DNA of 64,000 nt from an uncultured Methanomicrobiaceae archaeon (GCA_963826525.1 CAWGXH010000004.1:1408001-1472000); one strand, 5' to 3'. Counted from the stretch's first letter, positions 10,047-21,673 are shown. The notes: generated by a model from the letters alone, not told the origin. A program made the numbers and translations.

Positions 10047-10688
10047 ATGTATTTTCATGCTCTCATCCCCTTCAAACCGGTCAACCCCAAGACACGACTC
10101 TCCTGCGTTCTCAGCCAGGAGGAGCGAGAGGCGTTCGCAAGGGCGATGCTCGACGATGTCATCGCCGCCGTGCTGAAATCCGGGTGCAGTGCAACGCTCC
10201 TCTGCACGAGTGCCTTCGAGCGTGACGACGCTTTGGTCGCCGTTCGCAAAGAACCACTCAACGAGGCTATCAACTGGGCGCTCGACCAGTTCCACTGCCC
10301 GGCGCTCATCATCATGTCCGATCTCCCGCTTGTCCGGGCAGGCGATATCCAGCGTCTCGTATCGACCGGGAAGGATATGGCCATCGTGCCGGGAAGGGGC
10401 GGGGGCACGAATGCGATCTTCTTAAAAAAGCCCCGCTGTTTCCACGCTGACTTCTACGGGGCGAGTTTCCTCGACCACATGCGGATCGCTGAGGAATGCG
10501 GGTTCACCGTGGATATCATCGATTCGTTCCGGATGTCGACGGATATGGATGAACGGGAGGATCTCGTGGAGATTCTCATCCACGGAAAAGGGAAGAGCAG
10601 GGAGTATCTAGAGGGGCTCGGTTTTTCCCTCTCGATCGAGAAGGGCAGGGTTAGCGTGAAGCGCAGTCCCCATGAAGAGACACTCTGA
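10047..10688 (+). CDS. cofC: 2-phospho-L-lactate guanylyltransferase
   Basis: ALIPFK, KTRLS, MSDLPL, GRGGGTN, DMDEREDL. Confidence 0.92.
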   Translation: MYFHALIPFKPVNPKTRLSCVLSQEEREAFARAMLDDVIAAVLKSGCSATLLCTSAFERDDALVAVRKEPLNEAINWALDQFHCPALIIMSDLPLVRAGDIQRLVSTGKDMAIVPGRGGGTNAIFLKKPRCFHADFYGASFLDHMRIAEECGFTVDIIDSFRMSTDMDEREDLVEILIHGKGKSREYLEGLGFSLSIEKGRVSVKRSPHEETL

Positions 10689-11420
10689 AGCATCGATCGT
10701 CGCTATCCCTGAATAGTCACCGATGGGGAGACCTGATCCGCGGACGACTGCGGCAGGGGCGCACTCATCCGCCTCTCCCATGACGAGTTCCGCCGCGGAT
10801 GCGATGCAGTCGGCGACGGCGCGCTTCGTGACGTGCAGTTCCCTGCCGAAGAGATCGGTTCTGCCGCACTCGTCGATCACCGACGGGAGTCCCGAGCACC
10901 CGATGGCGACACCGCTCGATCCGAGGCGCATCGCGTGTGTCCGACTGTCGGCCACGATGACTCCCGTATCGGCGCCGCACCGCTCCCGGATTCCTTCGCG
11001 TATCCTCGCCGCGCTCCGGTCGGAGTCGGCGGGGAGAAGGACGACCGAGCCTGGGGGGGCGTTCGATGCATCAATTCCTGCATTCGGGAGGAGCGTTCCG
11101 TTCTTCAGGCAGAGCAGGAATCCGTCGACTCCCCCGACCACCTTCTCGCTCTCGGAGAGGACGATCTCTGCGAGGCGGGGATCCATCCGGTGCCGTTCAC
11201 CGAGGACTTCTGCAAGTTCCGACGGCACTATCGAATCGAGACTGACGATCCTTCCCTCTGCTGTGGCGACCGGCGACTCGGCGACGACGATGATATCGCC
11301 GTCACGGAAGGCGCCGCACCCGGCATCACCGGACGCAGCGATGAGGTGGCCGACGATATCGTCGCCGGGATGTATGAGGCCGGTCTTGAGGCCGTATACG
11401 CAAAATGCATTATCTTTCAT
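10608..11420 (-). CDS. cofE: CofE-family (COG1478) gamma-glutamyl ligase
   Basis: IHPGDD, GDIIVVAES, NAGIDASN, DLFGREL, MGEADE; start overlaps the folP stop. Confidence 0.85.
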   Translation of the reverse strand: MKDNAFCVYGLKTGLIHPGDDIVGHLIAASGDAGCGAFRDGDIIVVAESPVATAEGRIVSLDSIVPSELAEVLGERHRMDPRLAEIVLSESEKVVGGVDGFLLCLKNGTLLPNAGIDASNAPPGSVVLLPADSDRSAARIREGIRERCGADTGVIVADSRTHAMRLGSSGVAIGCSGLPSVIDECGRTDLFGRELHVTKRAVADCIASAAELVMGEADECAPAAVVRGSGLPIGDYSGIATIDASECLFMGTALHANPALLDREGKTEPL

Positions 11421-12226
11421 GGTTTCATCATCTTCCGGTGCACGGCGAGCAGGTCTGCGGTCTCGGCGACGTCGTGAGACCTGACCACTGCCGCTCCGCG
11501 CTCGACAAGCATCATGGTGAGAGCGAGGGTGCCGGCGAGCCGCTCTTCGGGAGGTTTTCCGAGCAGATCCCCGAGGAGCGATTTTCGTGAGACCGCAGCA
11601 AGGAGCGGGCGCTCGAACGCAGAGAACTCGTGAAAGTGTCTGCAGAGTTCCCAGTCCTCCTCGCTTCCCCGCTCCGGAGTCCACCTCCCGACGCCGGGGT
11701 CGAGGACGAACTCCTCGATCCCGTACTCCTCGCAACGGCCGATGACCGCTATGAGCGCCTGCATGGTGGCGTCGAGGCCGACCGCGTCGCCGGGCCTGGA
11801 AAAACTCGCCATGGCGAAGACGGGGAGCCCTGAGTCGGCTGCAATCGCCGCATATTCCCTGTCTGCAAGCCCGCCGATATCGTTGATCGCGTGGATCTCG
11901 TGCTGTAAGCAGACGCGAAGCACCTCCGGGTGCATCGTGTCGACCGAGATGGCAAGACCACTCCCGTCGAGCTCGCCGAGTGCCGAATCGATCCGTTCCG
12001 CCTCTCCGGCCACGGTCAGGGGCGGCGAGCCGGGTGCGGTGCTTCGGGCGCCGATGTCGATCAGATCCGCCCCGCGGTCGTGCATGGAAAGAGCCCTGGC
12101 GCGAACCTCCTGTGCGGCAGTATACGATCCGCGGAAAAATGATTCGGGGCTGCAGTTGATCACGCCCATGAGGCGGACGGGGGCGCCGCCGCCTATCGGG
12201 ATCTGATTTACAGAACAGAGATGCAT
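11417..12226 (-). CDS. folP: dihydropteroate synthase
   Basis: [52 protein letters not shown]. Confidence 0.9.
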   Translation of the reverse strand: MHLCSVNQIPIGGGAPVRLMGVINCSPESFFRGSYTAAQEVRARALSMHDRGADLIDIGARSTAPGSPPLTVAGEAERIDSALGELDGSGLAISVDTMHPEVLRVCLQHEIHAINDIGGLADREYAAIAADSGLPVFAMASFSRPGDAVGLDATMQALIAVIGRCEEYGIEEFVLDPGVGRWTPERGSEEDWELCRHFHEFSAFERPLLAAVSRKSLLGDLLGKPPEERLAGTLALTMMLVERGAAVVRSHDVAETADLLAVHRKMMKP

Positions 12227-13053
12227 GCCTTCCGCTCTGCAGCCTTGAAGGTCTGCTCCATGAGCGTTGCGATCGTCATCGGGCCGACGCCGCCCGGCAC
12301 CGGGGTGATGGCGCCTGCTCGATCCTGCACGGCTTCAAAGTCCACATCGCCGCAGAGCTTGCCGTTCTCGTCGTAGTTGATCCCGACGTCGATGACCGTT
12401 GCCCCTTCTTTCACCATCTCCGGTCCGACGAACCGTGCTTTTCCGACGGCACTGACGAGGATGTCGGCAGAACGCATCTCGTCTGCAAGGTTCCGGGTTT
12501 TGCTGTGGCAGATGGTCACCGTTGCGTCGGCGTTGAGGAGGAGGGCCGCCATCGGGCGGCCGACGTCGATGCTCCGCCCGACGACGACTGCGCGCTTCCC
12601 GGCGGTCTCGATCCCGTATTCGGCGAGGATGGTCATGATCCCCTGCGGGGTGCAGGGGGCATAGACGGGAGTTCCGGCGAGGAGGCGTCCGAGGTTATAG
12701 GGGTGGAATCCGTCGACATCCTTCTCCGGCGAGACCGCTTCGATCACGCGGGTGGTGTCGATCTGCTTCGGGAGGGGGAGCTGCACCAGGATGCCGTTGA
12801 TGTCGGGGTCGGCATTGAGGCGGGCGACCGTCTCGAGCACCCGCTCGGTGGTGGCGTCCTCGGGCAGTTCGATCCCGATGGATCCGATCCCCACCCGTTC
12901 GCAGGCCCGGTGCTTCATCCGGACGTAGAGCTTCGATCCGGGGTCTTCGCCGACGATGACGGTTGCGAGGCGGGGGTAGAGCCCGGACTCCTCGATCCGC
13001 TCCTTGAGTATCTCGAGCCTCTTCTCAGAGACTTTCTTGCCGTCGAGGATCAT
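12208..13053 (-). CDS. folD: methylenetetrahydrofolate dehydrogenase/cyclohydrolase
   Basis: [34 protein letters not shown]. Confidence 0.96.
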   Translation of the reverse strand: MILDGKKVSEKRLEILKERIEESGLYPRLATVIVGEDPGSKLYVRMKHRACERVGIGSIGIELPEDATTERVLETVARLNADPDINGILVQLPLPKQIDTTRVIEAVSPEKDVDGFHPYNLGRLLAGTPVYAPCTPQGIMTILAEYGIETAGKRAVVVGRSIDVGRPMAALLLNADATVTICHSKTRNLADEMRSADILVSAVGKARFVGPEMVKEGATVIDVGINYDENGKLCGDVDFEAVQDRAGAITPVPGGVGPMTIATLMEQTFKAAERKACISVL

Positions 13054-14322
13054 ATCATTTCAGGATACAGGGGATACCTGCTTGCGAGGGCCGTGACTTC
13101 CGCCTTCACTTCGCCGATGGCCTTCTTTGAAGTCTTGTCCCGTGCGATGTCTTTGAGGACGCGGGCGATCCAGTATGCGATCTGCTTCATCTCCGCTTCT
13201 TTCATGCCGCGCGAGGTCACTGCCGGCGTTCCGACCCGGAGGCCGCTCGTGACGAAGGGGCTGAGCTGTTCGCGGGGGATGGTATTCTTGTTGACGGTGA
13301 TACCTGCTTCGCCGAGGGCGTTCTCAGCCGCAAGCCCGGTCAGGTGATCCCCGTTCGTGGAGAGGCCCGTCAGGTCGAGGAGGATCAGGTGGTTGTCGGT
13401 GCCGCCGGAGACGATATCGAGCCCTTCCTCGGCAAGAACCTCTGCCATCACTTTAGCGTTCCTGACGACCTGGCCGCAGTAGTCCTTGAACGACGGGTGC
13501 AAGGCCTCCTTGAAGCAGACTGCCTTTGCCGCGATGATGTGCATCAGCGGGCCGCCCTGCATACCCGGGAAGACTGATTTGTCGATGGCGGGAGCGTCCT
13601 CTTTTCTGCACATGATGGCACCGCCGCGAGGCCCGCGGAGGGTCTTATGCGTTGTGGTCGTCACGAAGTCGACCACGCCGACCGGTGAATTGTGGTATCC
13701 GGTTGCGCAGAGGCCCGCGATGTGGGCGATGTCGGCCATACAGTATGCATCGACGGAATCGGCGATCTCCTGGAATGCCTTGAAATCAATCTCCCGCGGG
13801 TAGGCGCTCGCGCCGCAGACGATCATGGCTGGCTTGACGATCCGCGCCATCGCTTCGAGGTTTGCGTAGTCGAGTGTCTCGGTCTCGGGATCGACACCGT
13901 ACTGGAAGATCGAGTAACCACTTGCCGCTGATATTGACGGGTGAACCGTGGGAGAGGTGGCCGCCCTGTGAGAGGCTCTGGCTCATTATCCTGTCCTTGT
14001 AGTTCAGGTATGCAAAGTATACTGCCTGGTTTGCCTGGCTCCCGGAGTGGGGCTGCACATTGGCGTGCTCTGCTCCGAAGAGTTTACACAGCCTGTCGCG
14101 CGCCAGATTTTCCACGACATCGTGAAACTCGCAACCGCCGTAGTATCGCTTGCCGGGGTACCCCTCCGCATATTTATTGGTCATTATTGACCCCATTGCC
14201 TCAAGGACGTTCTTACTGACGACGTTTTCGGAGGCAATAAGCTCCAATCCATTGAGCTGACGCAGACGCTCGCACTCGATGAGATCTGCAACTTCTGGAT
14301 CGAATTCAGCCAGACTAGACAT
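13050..14322 (-). CDS. glyA: serine hydroxymethyltransferase, bacterial type (one-base insertion near 13918)
   Basis: [31 protein letters not shown], then [26 protein letters not shown] in a shifted frame. Confidence 0.94.
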
Positions 14323-14422
14323 GTAAAAAAAGGTTGCCTTGAAGAGGTAATAGTCTTTCTTCCCCGGATTCAAATGAAATATTAATACGTTATCACCATC
14401 AAGGTTAATTTCGAGGGAAATA

Positions 14423-15103
14423 ATGGCACAGAAAGATGCGCGAATCCGGTTTCTTGAGCGGGAACTTGCAGAGCGAGAAGGGGAAATGGAAAGGTTAAAA
14501 GGGGTGGAACCGATGGAATTTTCAGACAATGATGACGAGCGCCTGCGCGGCGTTGAGCGGAAGATAAAGGAGATTGAAGCATTGATGAAGGGTCTGACCG
14601 AGGAGATGCTTGATATCAAATCGATCGTCATGAAGATGCAGCGTCAGGTCGAGGAGCGCGGGAAGGCCGTCCCTGCTGCAGTGCCGCGGAGCGTCGAGCC
14701 GGAGATCCGCAAGCCCGTCCGTTCGGCAGAGCCGGAGCGGGCAGCGCCGACACAGGATATCAGGCGTGTCAGCCGCTCCGACCCGCTGGTCAGGCCGACG
14801 GCGGTGCCGCGACAGAGTCTGGTGTCGCCCCAGGTACGCGCCGCCCCTCCCCGGCCTGAGCCGGAAAACGACGCCGATATGGAACTCATCATGCAGAACG
14901 ACGGAACGCTGAGGCCGGAGAAGAGGACGAGTTCCGAGTATATCGTTGCGAGCAACAAGTATCAGGATAAGGTTCTGGGTGGCAAGAGGAAGGGCTCGTC
15001 CGACCGTATCGTCGTCGCGGAGCCGGGACGGGCGAAGAAAGAAGTCGACAGCATTATTCATGCAGACGAAGACGATACTATCGAATTTGATTCGAAGAAG
15101 TAA
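14423..15103 (+). CDS. hypothetical coiled-coil/low-complexity protein upstream of smc
   Basis: 226 aa ORF; N-terminal heptad region, Pro/Arg-rich linker, acidic tail; ends 14 bp before smc. Confidence 0.8.
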   Translation: MAQKDARIRFLERELAEREGEMERLKGVEPMEFSDNDDERLRGVERKIKEIEALMKGLTEEMLDIKSIVMKMQRQVEERGKAVPAAVPRSVEPEIRKPVRSAEPERAAPTQDIRRVSRSDPLVRPTAVPRQSLVSPQVRAAPPRPEPENDADMELIMQNDGTLRPEKRTSSEYIVASNKYQDKVLGGKRKGSSDRIVVAEPGRAKKEVDSIIHADEDDTIEFDSKK

Positions 15104-15117
15104 GAGGAGCCTGATCC

Positions 15118-18100
15118 TTGTATATTACGCAGCTTGAGATCGACAACTTCAAGTCTTTCGGAAGAAAGACGAAAATCCCATTTCTTGAAGGTTTTACCGT
15201 CGTATCAGGCCCGAACGGTTCAGGGAAGAGCAATATCATCGACAGTGTCCTTTTTGTTCTCGCACTCTCCGGCGCTCGCGGCCTGCGAGCGGAGAAGCTG
15301 ACCGATCTGATCAACGTCAACACCGGCAAGAGCACCGCTGAGGTGATGATCACCTTCTCGGACGGCACCACGATACGGCGGAAGATCAAGCAGACGCCGA
15401 CCGGCTACTATAGTTATAATTATCTCAATAACCGGCTCTGCAAGCAGGGCGAGGTCATTGGGTTCCTGGCGAAGTTCGGTATCAAGCCGGAGGGCTACAA
15501 CGTCGTGATGCAGGGTGATATCACCCGCATCATGGAGATGAGCAATACCGAGCGGCGTAAGATCATCGATGAGATCGCCGGTGTTGCGGAGTTCGAGCAC
15601 AAGCGCGAGCAGTCGTTCTCGGAACTTGAGATCGTCCGGGAGCGGATCGAGCGCGAGGAGATCATTCTCCACGAACTTGCCGCGCGCCTTGACGAGCTGC
15701 AGCAGGAGCGTGAGCAGGCGCTCGAGTATCAGCGGTGGCAGGGCGAACTGGAACGGCTGGAGCGGTGTCGCGGAGCCGCTCTCGTCCGGCGCAAGGAGCA
15801 GGAGGTCGCGACGCTGCAGGAGCTCGTGCAGGGGCAGAACGCCTCGCTTCTCCGGACCGGCGAAGAGATCGAGGAGCGGAAGGCGGAACTCTCCGGGGCG
15901 CGCGTCGAGCTCGGGGATCTCGACCTTGAGATCGGCAGAAAGAGCGGCACCGAGTACCTGCAGATCGTAGCAAGGCTCGAAGAGGCGCGAAGCGGGATTA
16001 AGCTTGCTGAAAAGACGATAGAACGCTTGAAGCGCGAGAAGGAGGAGAACCTCGAGGCGGGCAAACGTATCTACATGGACAGCAGGCGGGCTGAGTCGCG
16101 GGTGAATGAGTGCGTGGATCAGATCCGCAGCCTGAGTATCGACCGGGCGAATCTCGCGATGGAGCTCTCCGCCAGCAGAGAGCGGATGAGCGAGGTCGAG
16201 GCGCGGATCGAGGCCGAAAGCAAGGAAGTCGAGGGGGTGAAGGATCAGCTCTTCGCCGGGATGGAGGCCCTCGAACGCGAAAAAGAGGTCCGGGCGAATC
16301 TGCTCCACGAGCAGGATATTATCATCGAAAAGAGCAGGATGCGCACCTCCGAGCGGGAACGCCTCGAAGGGCGCCTCCGGCAGATCGACGAGGAACTCGC
16401 AAGCAAGCACGCCCAGCTTGCGGAATACTCCGGGAGCATCGCGGATGCCGAGGCGGAGAAACGTCGGGTCGAGCGGGAGCTCTCCGATGCCGAGAGCTCG
16501 CTCTTTGCGAAACGTTCGACACTGGATCGCTTAAAGAAAGAGATCCGGGCGCACGAACAGGAGATCATCCGTTTCGAGGCGCAGCAACAGGCAGGCGGGG
16601 ATGCGGGCGGACGGGTGATGGAGGAGATCCTCGGTATGGAGGGGGTCTACGGAACCGTCGCGCAGCTCGGCCGCGCCCCCCCCGAGTACGCCACGGCACT
16701 CGACGTCGCGGCGAGCGGACGCCTCCGGTACGTCATCGTCGATGACGATGCGGTTGCCTCGGGGGCGATCCGGTTCCTGAAGGAGAACCGTCTCGGCCGG
16801 GTTACGTTCCTGCCGCTCAATAAACTTCGGCCGCCGATCATATCGCCGCTTGACGCCGACCCCGGCGTGATCGGGTACACGGTCGATCTTCTCGAGTACG
16901 ACCCCGAGTTCGATCGGGCCTTCAGGGTGGTCTTCGGCACGACGGTCGTGGTGGATACCCTCGAGCGCGCCCGGAGGATGATGGGCAGGTACAAGATGGT
17001 GACGCTCGAGGGGGAGGTCCTTGAGAAGGCCGGCGCGATGACCGGGGGCGCCCAGCAGAAGAAGATGAAGGGGTTCGGTGTCGCGGTCGAGGATGAGATC
17101 GCCCGCCTGCGGGCTCTTCTCGGAGAACTCGAGGCCGAGGCGGCGGAGGTCGATGCCGCTATCCGACGCTCCTCTTCATTTTCGGAGGATCTCAGGAGCA
17201 AAAGGACGAACCTTGACGAGCAGCTCTCCCGCTACCGGATGCTGGCGGAGGAGTATCGTAAGCGCGTCGATGTCCTCGGCAGCGAGAAGGAGGAGCTCGA
17301 GTCTGCGCTTGCCGAGATGCGCGACGGCACGAGGACCGGCGGGGCGGAGCTCGCACGGATCGAGAGCGAGCTTGCCGCTGCCAATGCCGGGATCGCCCGC
17401 ATCAGCGGGGAGATTGCAGATCTCAAGGCGAAGCTCGACGATACCGGGATCCCTGCGCTGACCGGGGACTACGAGCGCTACCGGAAAGAGGTCGACGAGA
17501 CCGAGAAAAGGCTCCGGAACAAGGATGCCGATATTGCGGATGCCAAGCGGGAGCGGCAGCATTTCGCAAACCGCTTCGAAGAACTCGCGGCCGACCGCGA
17601 ACGGATTGCGGCAAAGAACCGGGAGATCGATGGCGAGGTAACCGCATCCGGTGCCGAGATCGACGGGCACCGCCGGTCTATCGAGTCCCTTGAGGCCAGG
17701 CAGCAGGAGTTCTCGCAGGAACTTGCCGATCTCCGCATGAAGCGGGATCAGATCGTCGCCCGTATCCAGGAGTTTGAGAAAGGTATCGTCGGGCTCGAGG
17801 GTGCTGCAGAACGGATCCGGATGCAGATCGAGGCTTTTGCCGAACGTGAACGCTCGCTGTTGCAGGAGCTTTCGCATCTCCGTGAGCAGGCAGGAACTGT
17901 CGAGTCCGAGCTCGATCTCGCCGAGATCGATGCCGGTATCGATGCCGCCGAACGCGCACTCCGGAAGATCGGCGCGGTTAATATGCTGGCGATCGAGGAG
18001 TGCGACCGGGTGTCCAGGCGCGTCCTTGAGCGGACGGAGAAGAAAGAGGTTCTCTCCCGGGAACGGACGATGCTTCTTGAGCGTATCGAGCGGTTCGCGA

Positions 18101-18561
18101 AGATGAAGTACGATGCGTTCATGACTGCTTATACGGCGATAGATGCGAACTTCCGGGAGATCTTTGCGCGCCTGACGGATGGAACCGGACGGCTGGTTCT
18201 CGAGAATGAGGAGGATCCCTTCTCGGGAGGCATGACGTTTGCCGTTCAGCCGCGGGATAAGAAGGTCCACCTCCTCTCGTCTCTCTCGGGGGGGGAGAAG
18301 TCTCTGACGACCCTTGCGTTCATCTTCTCGATCCAGAAGTATATGCCCGCCCCGTTCTATGCCCTCGACGAGGTCGATATGTTCCTCGACGGGAATAATG
18401 TGGAGCGTATTGCCTCCCTGATCAAGGAACTCTCGTCACAGGCACAGTCGGTGATTGTCTCGCTCCGGAAGCCGATGATAGAGCGTGCTGATAGTATCGT
18501 CGGCGTGACCATCCGGCCGGACAAGAGCACGTACGTGACCGGTGTGAAGAACAATGGATGA
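15118..18561 (+). CDS. smc: chromosome segregation protein SMC
   Basis: NFKSFG, GPNGSGKSN, VMQGD, hinge GRVTFLPLN/GAMTGG, LSGGEKS, LDEVD. Confidence 0.97.
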   Translation: MYITQLEIDNFKSFGRKTKIPFLEGFTVVSGPNGSGKSNIIDSVLFVLALSGARGLRAEKLTDLINVNTGKSTAEVMITFSDGTTIRRKIKQTPTGYYSYNYLNNRLCKQGEVIGFLAKFGIKPEGYNVVMQGDITRIMEMSNTERRKIIDEIAGVAEFEHKREQSFSELEIVRERIEREEIILHELAARLDELQQEREQALEYQRWQGELERLERCRGAALVRRKEQEVATLQELVQGQNASLLRTGEEIEERKAELSGARVELGDLDLEIGRKSGTEYLQIVARLEEARSGIKLAEKTIERLKREKEENLEAGKRIYMDSRRAESRVNECVDQIRSLSIDRANLAMELSASRERMSEVEARIEAESKEVEGVKDQLFAGMEALEREKEVRANLLHEQDIIIEKSRMRTSERERLEGRLRQIDEELASKHAQLAEYSGSIADAEAEKRRVERELSDAESSLFAKRSTLDRLKKEIRAHEQEIIRFEAQQQAGGDAGGRVMEEILGMEGVYGTVAQLGRAPPEYATALDVAASGRLRYVIVDDDAVASGAIRFLKENRLGRVTFLPLNKLRPPIISPLDADPGVIGYTVDLLEYDPEFDRAFRVVFGTTVVVDTLERARRMMGRYKMVTLEGEVLEKAGAMTGGAQQKKMKGFGVAVEDEIARLRALLGELEAEAAEVDAAIRRSSSFSEDLRSKRTNLDEQLSRYRMLAEEYRKRVDVLGSEKEELESALAEMRDGTRTGGAELARIESELAAANAGIARISGEIADLKAKLDDTGIPALTGDYERYRKEVDETEKRLRNKDADIADAKRERQHFANRFEELAADRERIAAKNREIDGEVTASGAEIDGHRRSIESLEARQQEFSQELADLRMKRDQIVARIQEFEKGIVGLEGAAERIRMQIEAFAERERSLLQELSHLREQAGTVESELDLAEIDAGIDAAERALRKIGAVNMLAIEECDRVSRRVLERTEKKEVLSRERTMLLERIERFAKMKYDAFMTAYTAIDANFREIFARLTDGTGRLVLENEEDPFSGGMTFAVQPRDKKVHLLSSLSGGEKSLTTLAFIFSIQKYMPAPFYALDEVDMFLDGNNVERIASLIKELSSQAQSVIVSLRKPMIERADSIVGVTIRPDKSTYVTGVKNNG

Positions 18562-19279
18562 AGAACCGGTCGAGATCCTCGTCGGTATGGCCGAGCGGGG
18601 CGAGGTCGATCCGTGGAATATCGATATCGTCGATGTGACGGACCGGTTTCTCGCCGAGATGGAGCGGCGCAAAGAACTTGACCTCCGGATATCCGGGAGG
18701 ACACTCTTTTACGCTGCGACGCTCCTTCGCATGAAGTCGGAGTATCTGGACGAGACGGACGACGGGGAGGACGGAGAGTTCCTGCCCGAAGATGACCTAC
18801 TTGTCGATCTTGACTTTGATTTCGATCCGGGGCAGCGCGGCGAGCCGATGGATCGGCTTGAGCGGGAGATCCAGCGTCGGATAGGGCGGAAGAGTATCCG
18901 GAAGCGCCCGCCGGTCACCCTGTACGAACTCTTGAAGCAGCTCAAGACTGCCGAACGGGAGCAGCGGCGCAGGCAGCGAAGAAGAGCCCCGGCCATCAGG
19001 GAGCCCGAGTTTGAGATCGGGGCGGATGAGGTCGTTTCGCTTGCCCATGACGAAGGGTATCAGGTGGCGGTCTCGACGGTGCTTGAGGGGTACCTCCGCA
19101 CCGCCCATGGCGGTGTGCCCCAGACCCTCGGGAAACTCTCGTCGCAGATGGGGTGGACGACGCGCGATGTGTATATCCCGCTGCTCTTCCTGATGCTCGA
19201 AGGGAAGGTTGCTCTCTGGCAGGATGAGTTCTTCGGGGAGATCTACGTCGGTGAACACGGACCCGGGGAAGAGGGGTGA
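18554..19279 (+). CDS. scpA: kleisin ScpA
   Basis: GEVDPWNIDIV, AATLLRMKSE, C-terminal QDEFFGEIYV; overlaps the smc stop. Confidence 0.92.
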   Translation: MDEEPVEILVGMAERGEVDPWNIDIVDVTDRFLAEMERRKELDLRISGRTLFYAATLLRMKSEYLDETDDGEDGEFLPEDDLLVDLDFDFDPGQRGEPMDRLEREIQRRIGRKSIRKRPPVTLYELLKQLKTAEREQRRRQRRRAPAIREPEFEIGADEVVSLAHDEGYQVAVSTVLEGYLRTAHGGVPQTLGKLSSQMGWTTRDVYIPLLFLMLEGKVALWQDEFFGEIYVGEHGPGEEG

Positions 19280-19654
19280 TCCTCGCGTGGGTCATCCGCT
19301 GCCGGGCTGGCGGCGGCACTTGGTATGCGCGATCAGTGCCCGCCCGTAATCCTCGTTTGTAATTCCCGTATTTTCTGTTGATTCGGGTAATTTTTCGCAG
19401 ATTCTTCTATCGGGGCTACGCGCGTGGCAGATTTCTTGTCTCAAAGGTACTTGTATCGAAGGTTTTTTCGCCAATTCCTCTTCATTTCGGGTTTTTCTCC
19501 GGGGAAACATCTCTCTTCCTGGTTATGGGTGGCGGTTGCTCCCCTGATCTTCTCGTGATGGTCGGTTTCTGCGGTTTATGCAGGTTTTATCTTAAATCAA
19601 GGCATTTATGCCCGTTTGTTTGTCTCCGGTGGGCTGGTCTGATCAGGGCTAATG

Positions 19655-20043
19655 CTTATATGCTACTACCTCTAACATATGGAGGCTGCGTTGGTATGAA
19701 GCCCGGTCGTGCAGCCCTTCGGGGTGGTCTGGCCGCGGCGCTATCAGGGACGCAACTATGAGGGTCCGAGTCGTTCTGCTCGGATCTGATGCGGGAACAA
19801 CGTTTATATGGGAGCAAAACCAACATAGTTTCCTGCGCAGGCTCGCGCCGCGAACGAGAATCTCGACGATCCTCGGGACACGGGTCGAACGCTGCCGGGA
19901 ACAGTTGGTTTTGTCCCCGCATGCAGGGTTGTGCGAGACACAACCTTTATATGCGATGAACGACAAATACTGTTCCTCACACGATGAAGGCACGCATCCT
20001 GCGCCCGGAAGTATTCCGGGCGCAGGATGCAGAGCCTTAAATA
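19655..20043 (+). promoter_or_regulatory. four tandem TATA-box promoters of the rRNA operon
   Basis: CTTATATG 19655, TTTATATG 19803, TTTATATG 19946, CTTAAATA 20036; each followed about 10 nt later by a similar AACATA/AAATA element. Confidence 0.7.
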
Positions 20044-20109
20044 ACTGTAATACCAAATATTAGTTCTCTTCGATGGAGAATCAACGTGACCGTCATTGAG
20101 CGGGTTGAT

Positions 20110-20168
20110 TCTGACGTTGGCATTGGCAATGCGGAAATTTGTTTAGTAACCGCTAATTCCACCCAAGT
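20110..20168 (+). other. 5' arm of the 16S processing stem (BHB-like), pairs with ~21683-21733
   Basis: TTTGTTTAGTAACCGC pairs with GCGGTTGCTAAACAAA; GGCAAT pairs with ATTGCC; 3-nt bulges AAA/AGA flank an imperfect 4-bp helix. Confidence 0.75.
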
Positions 20169-20204
20169 TATCAGTAAGTAAGTAGTGTGCGTATTTCGAG
20201 AAGA

Positions 20205-21673
<1,469 letters not shown>

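Noticed and set aside
15220-18270. Long antisense ORFs (396 and 364 aa) opposite smc, and similar shadows elsewhere
   Set aside because: Expected antisense shadows of high-GC coding sequence; no recognisable motifs
19385-19415. Possible third copy of the 270-bp repeat (GGGTAATTTTTCGCAGATTCTTCTAT)
   Set aside because: Similarity spans only about 25 low-complexity bases and lacks the conserved core
19994-20030. SRP RNA upstream of 16S, suggested by GCCCGGAAG
   Set aside because: The motif is part of a perfect palindrome and lacks the following GGAGCAG and other SRP helices
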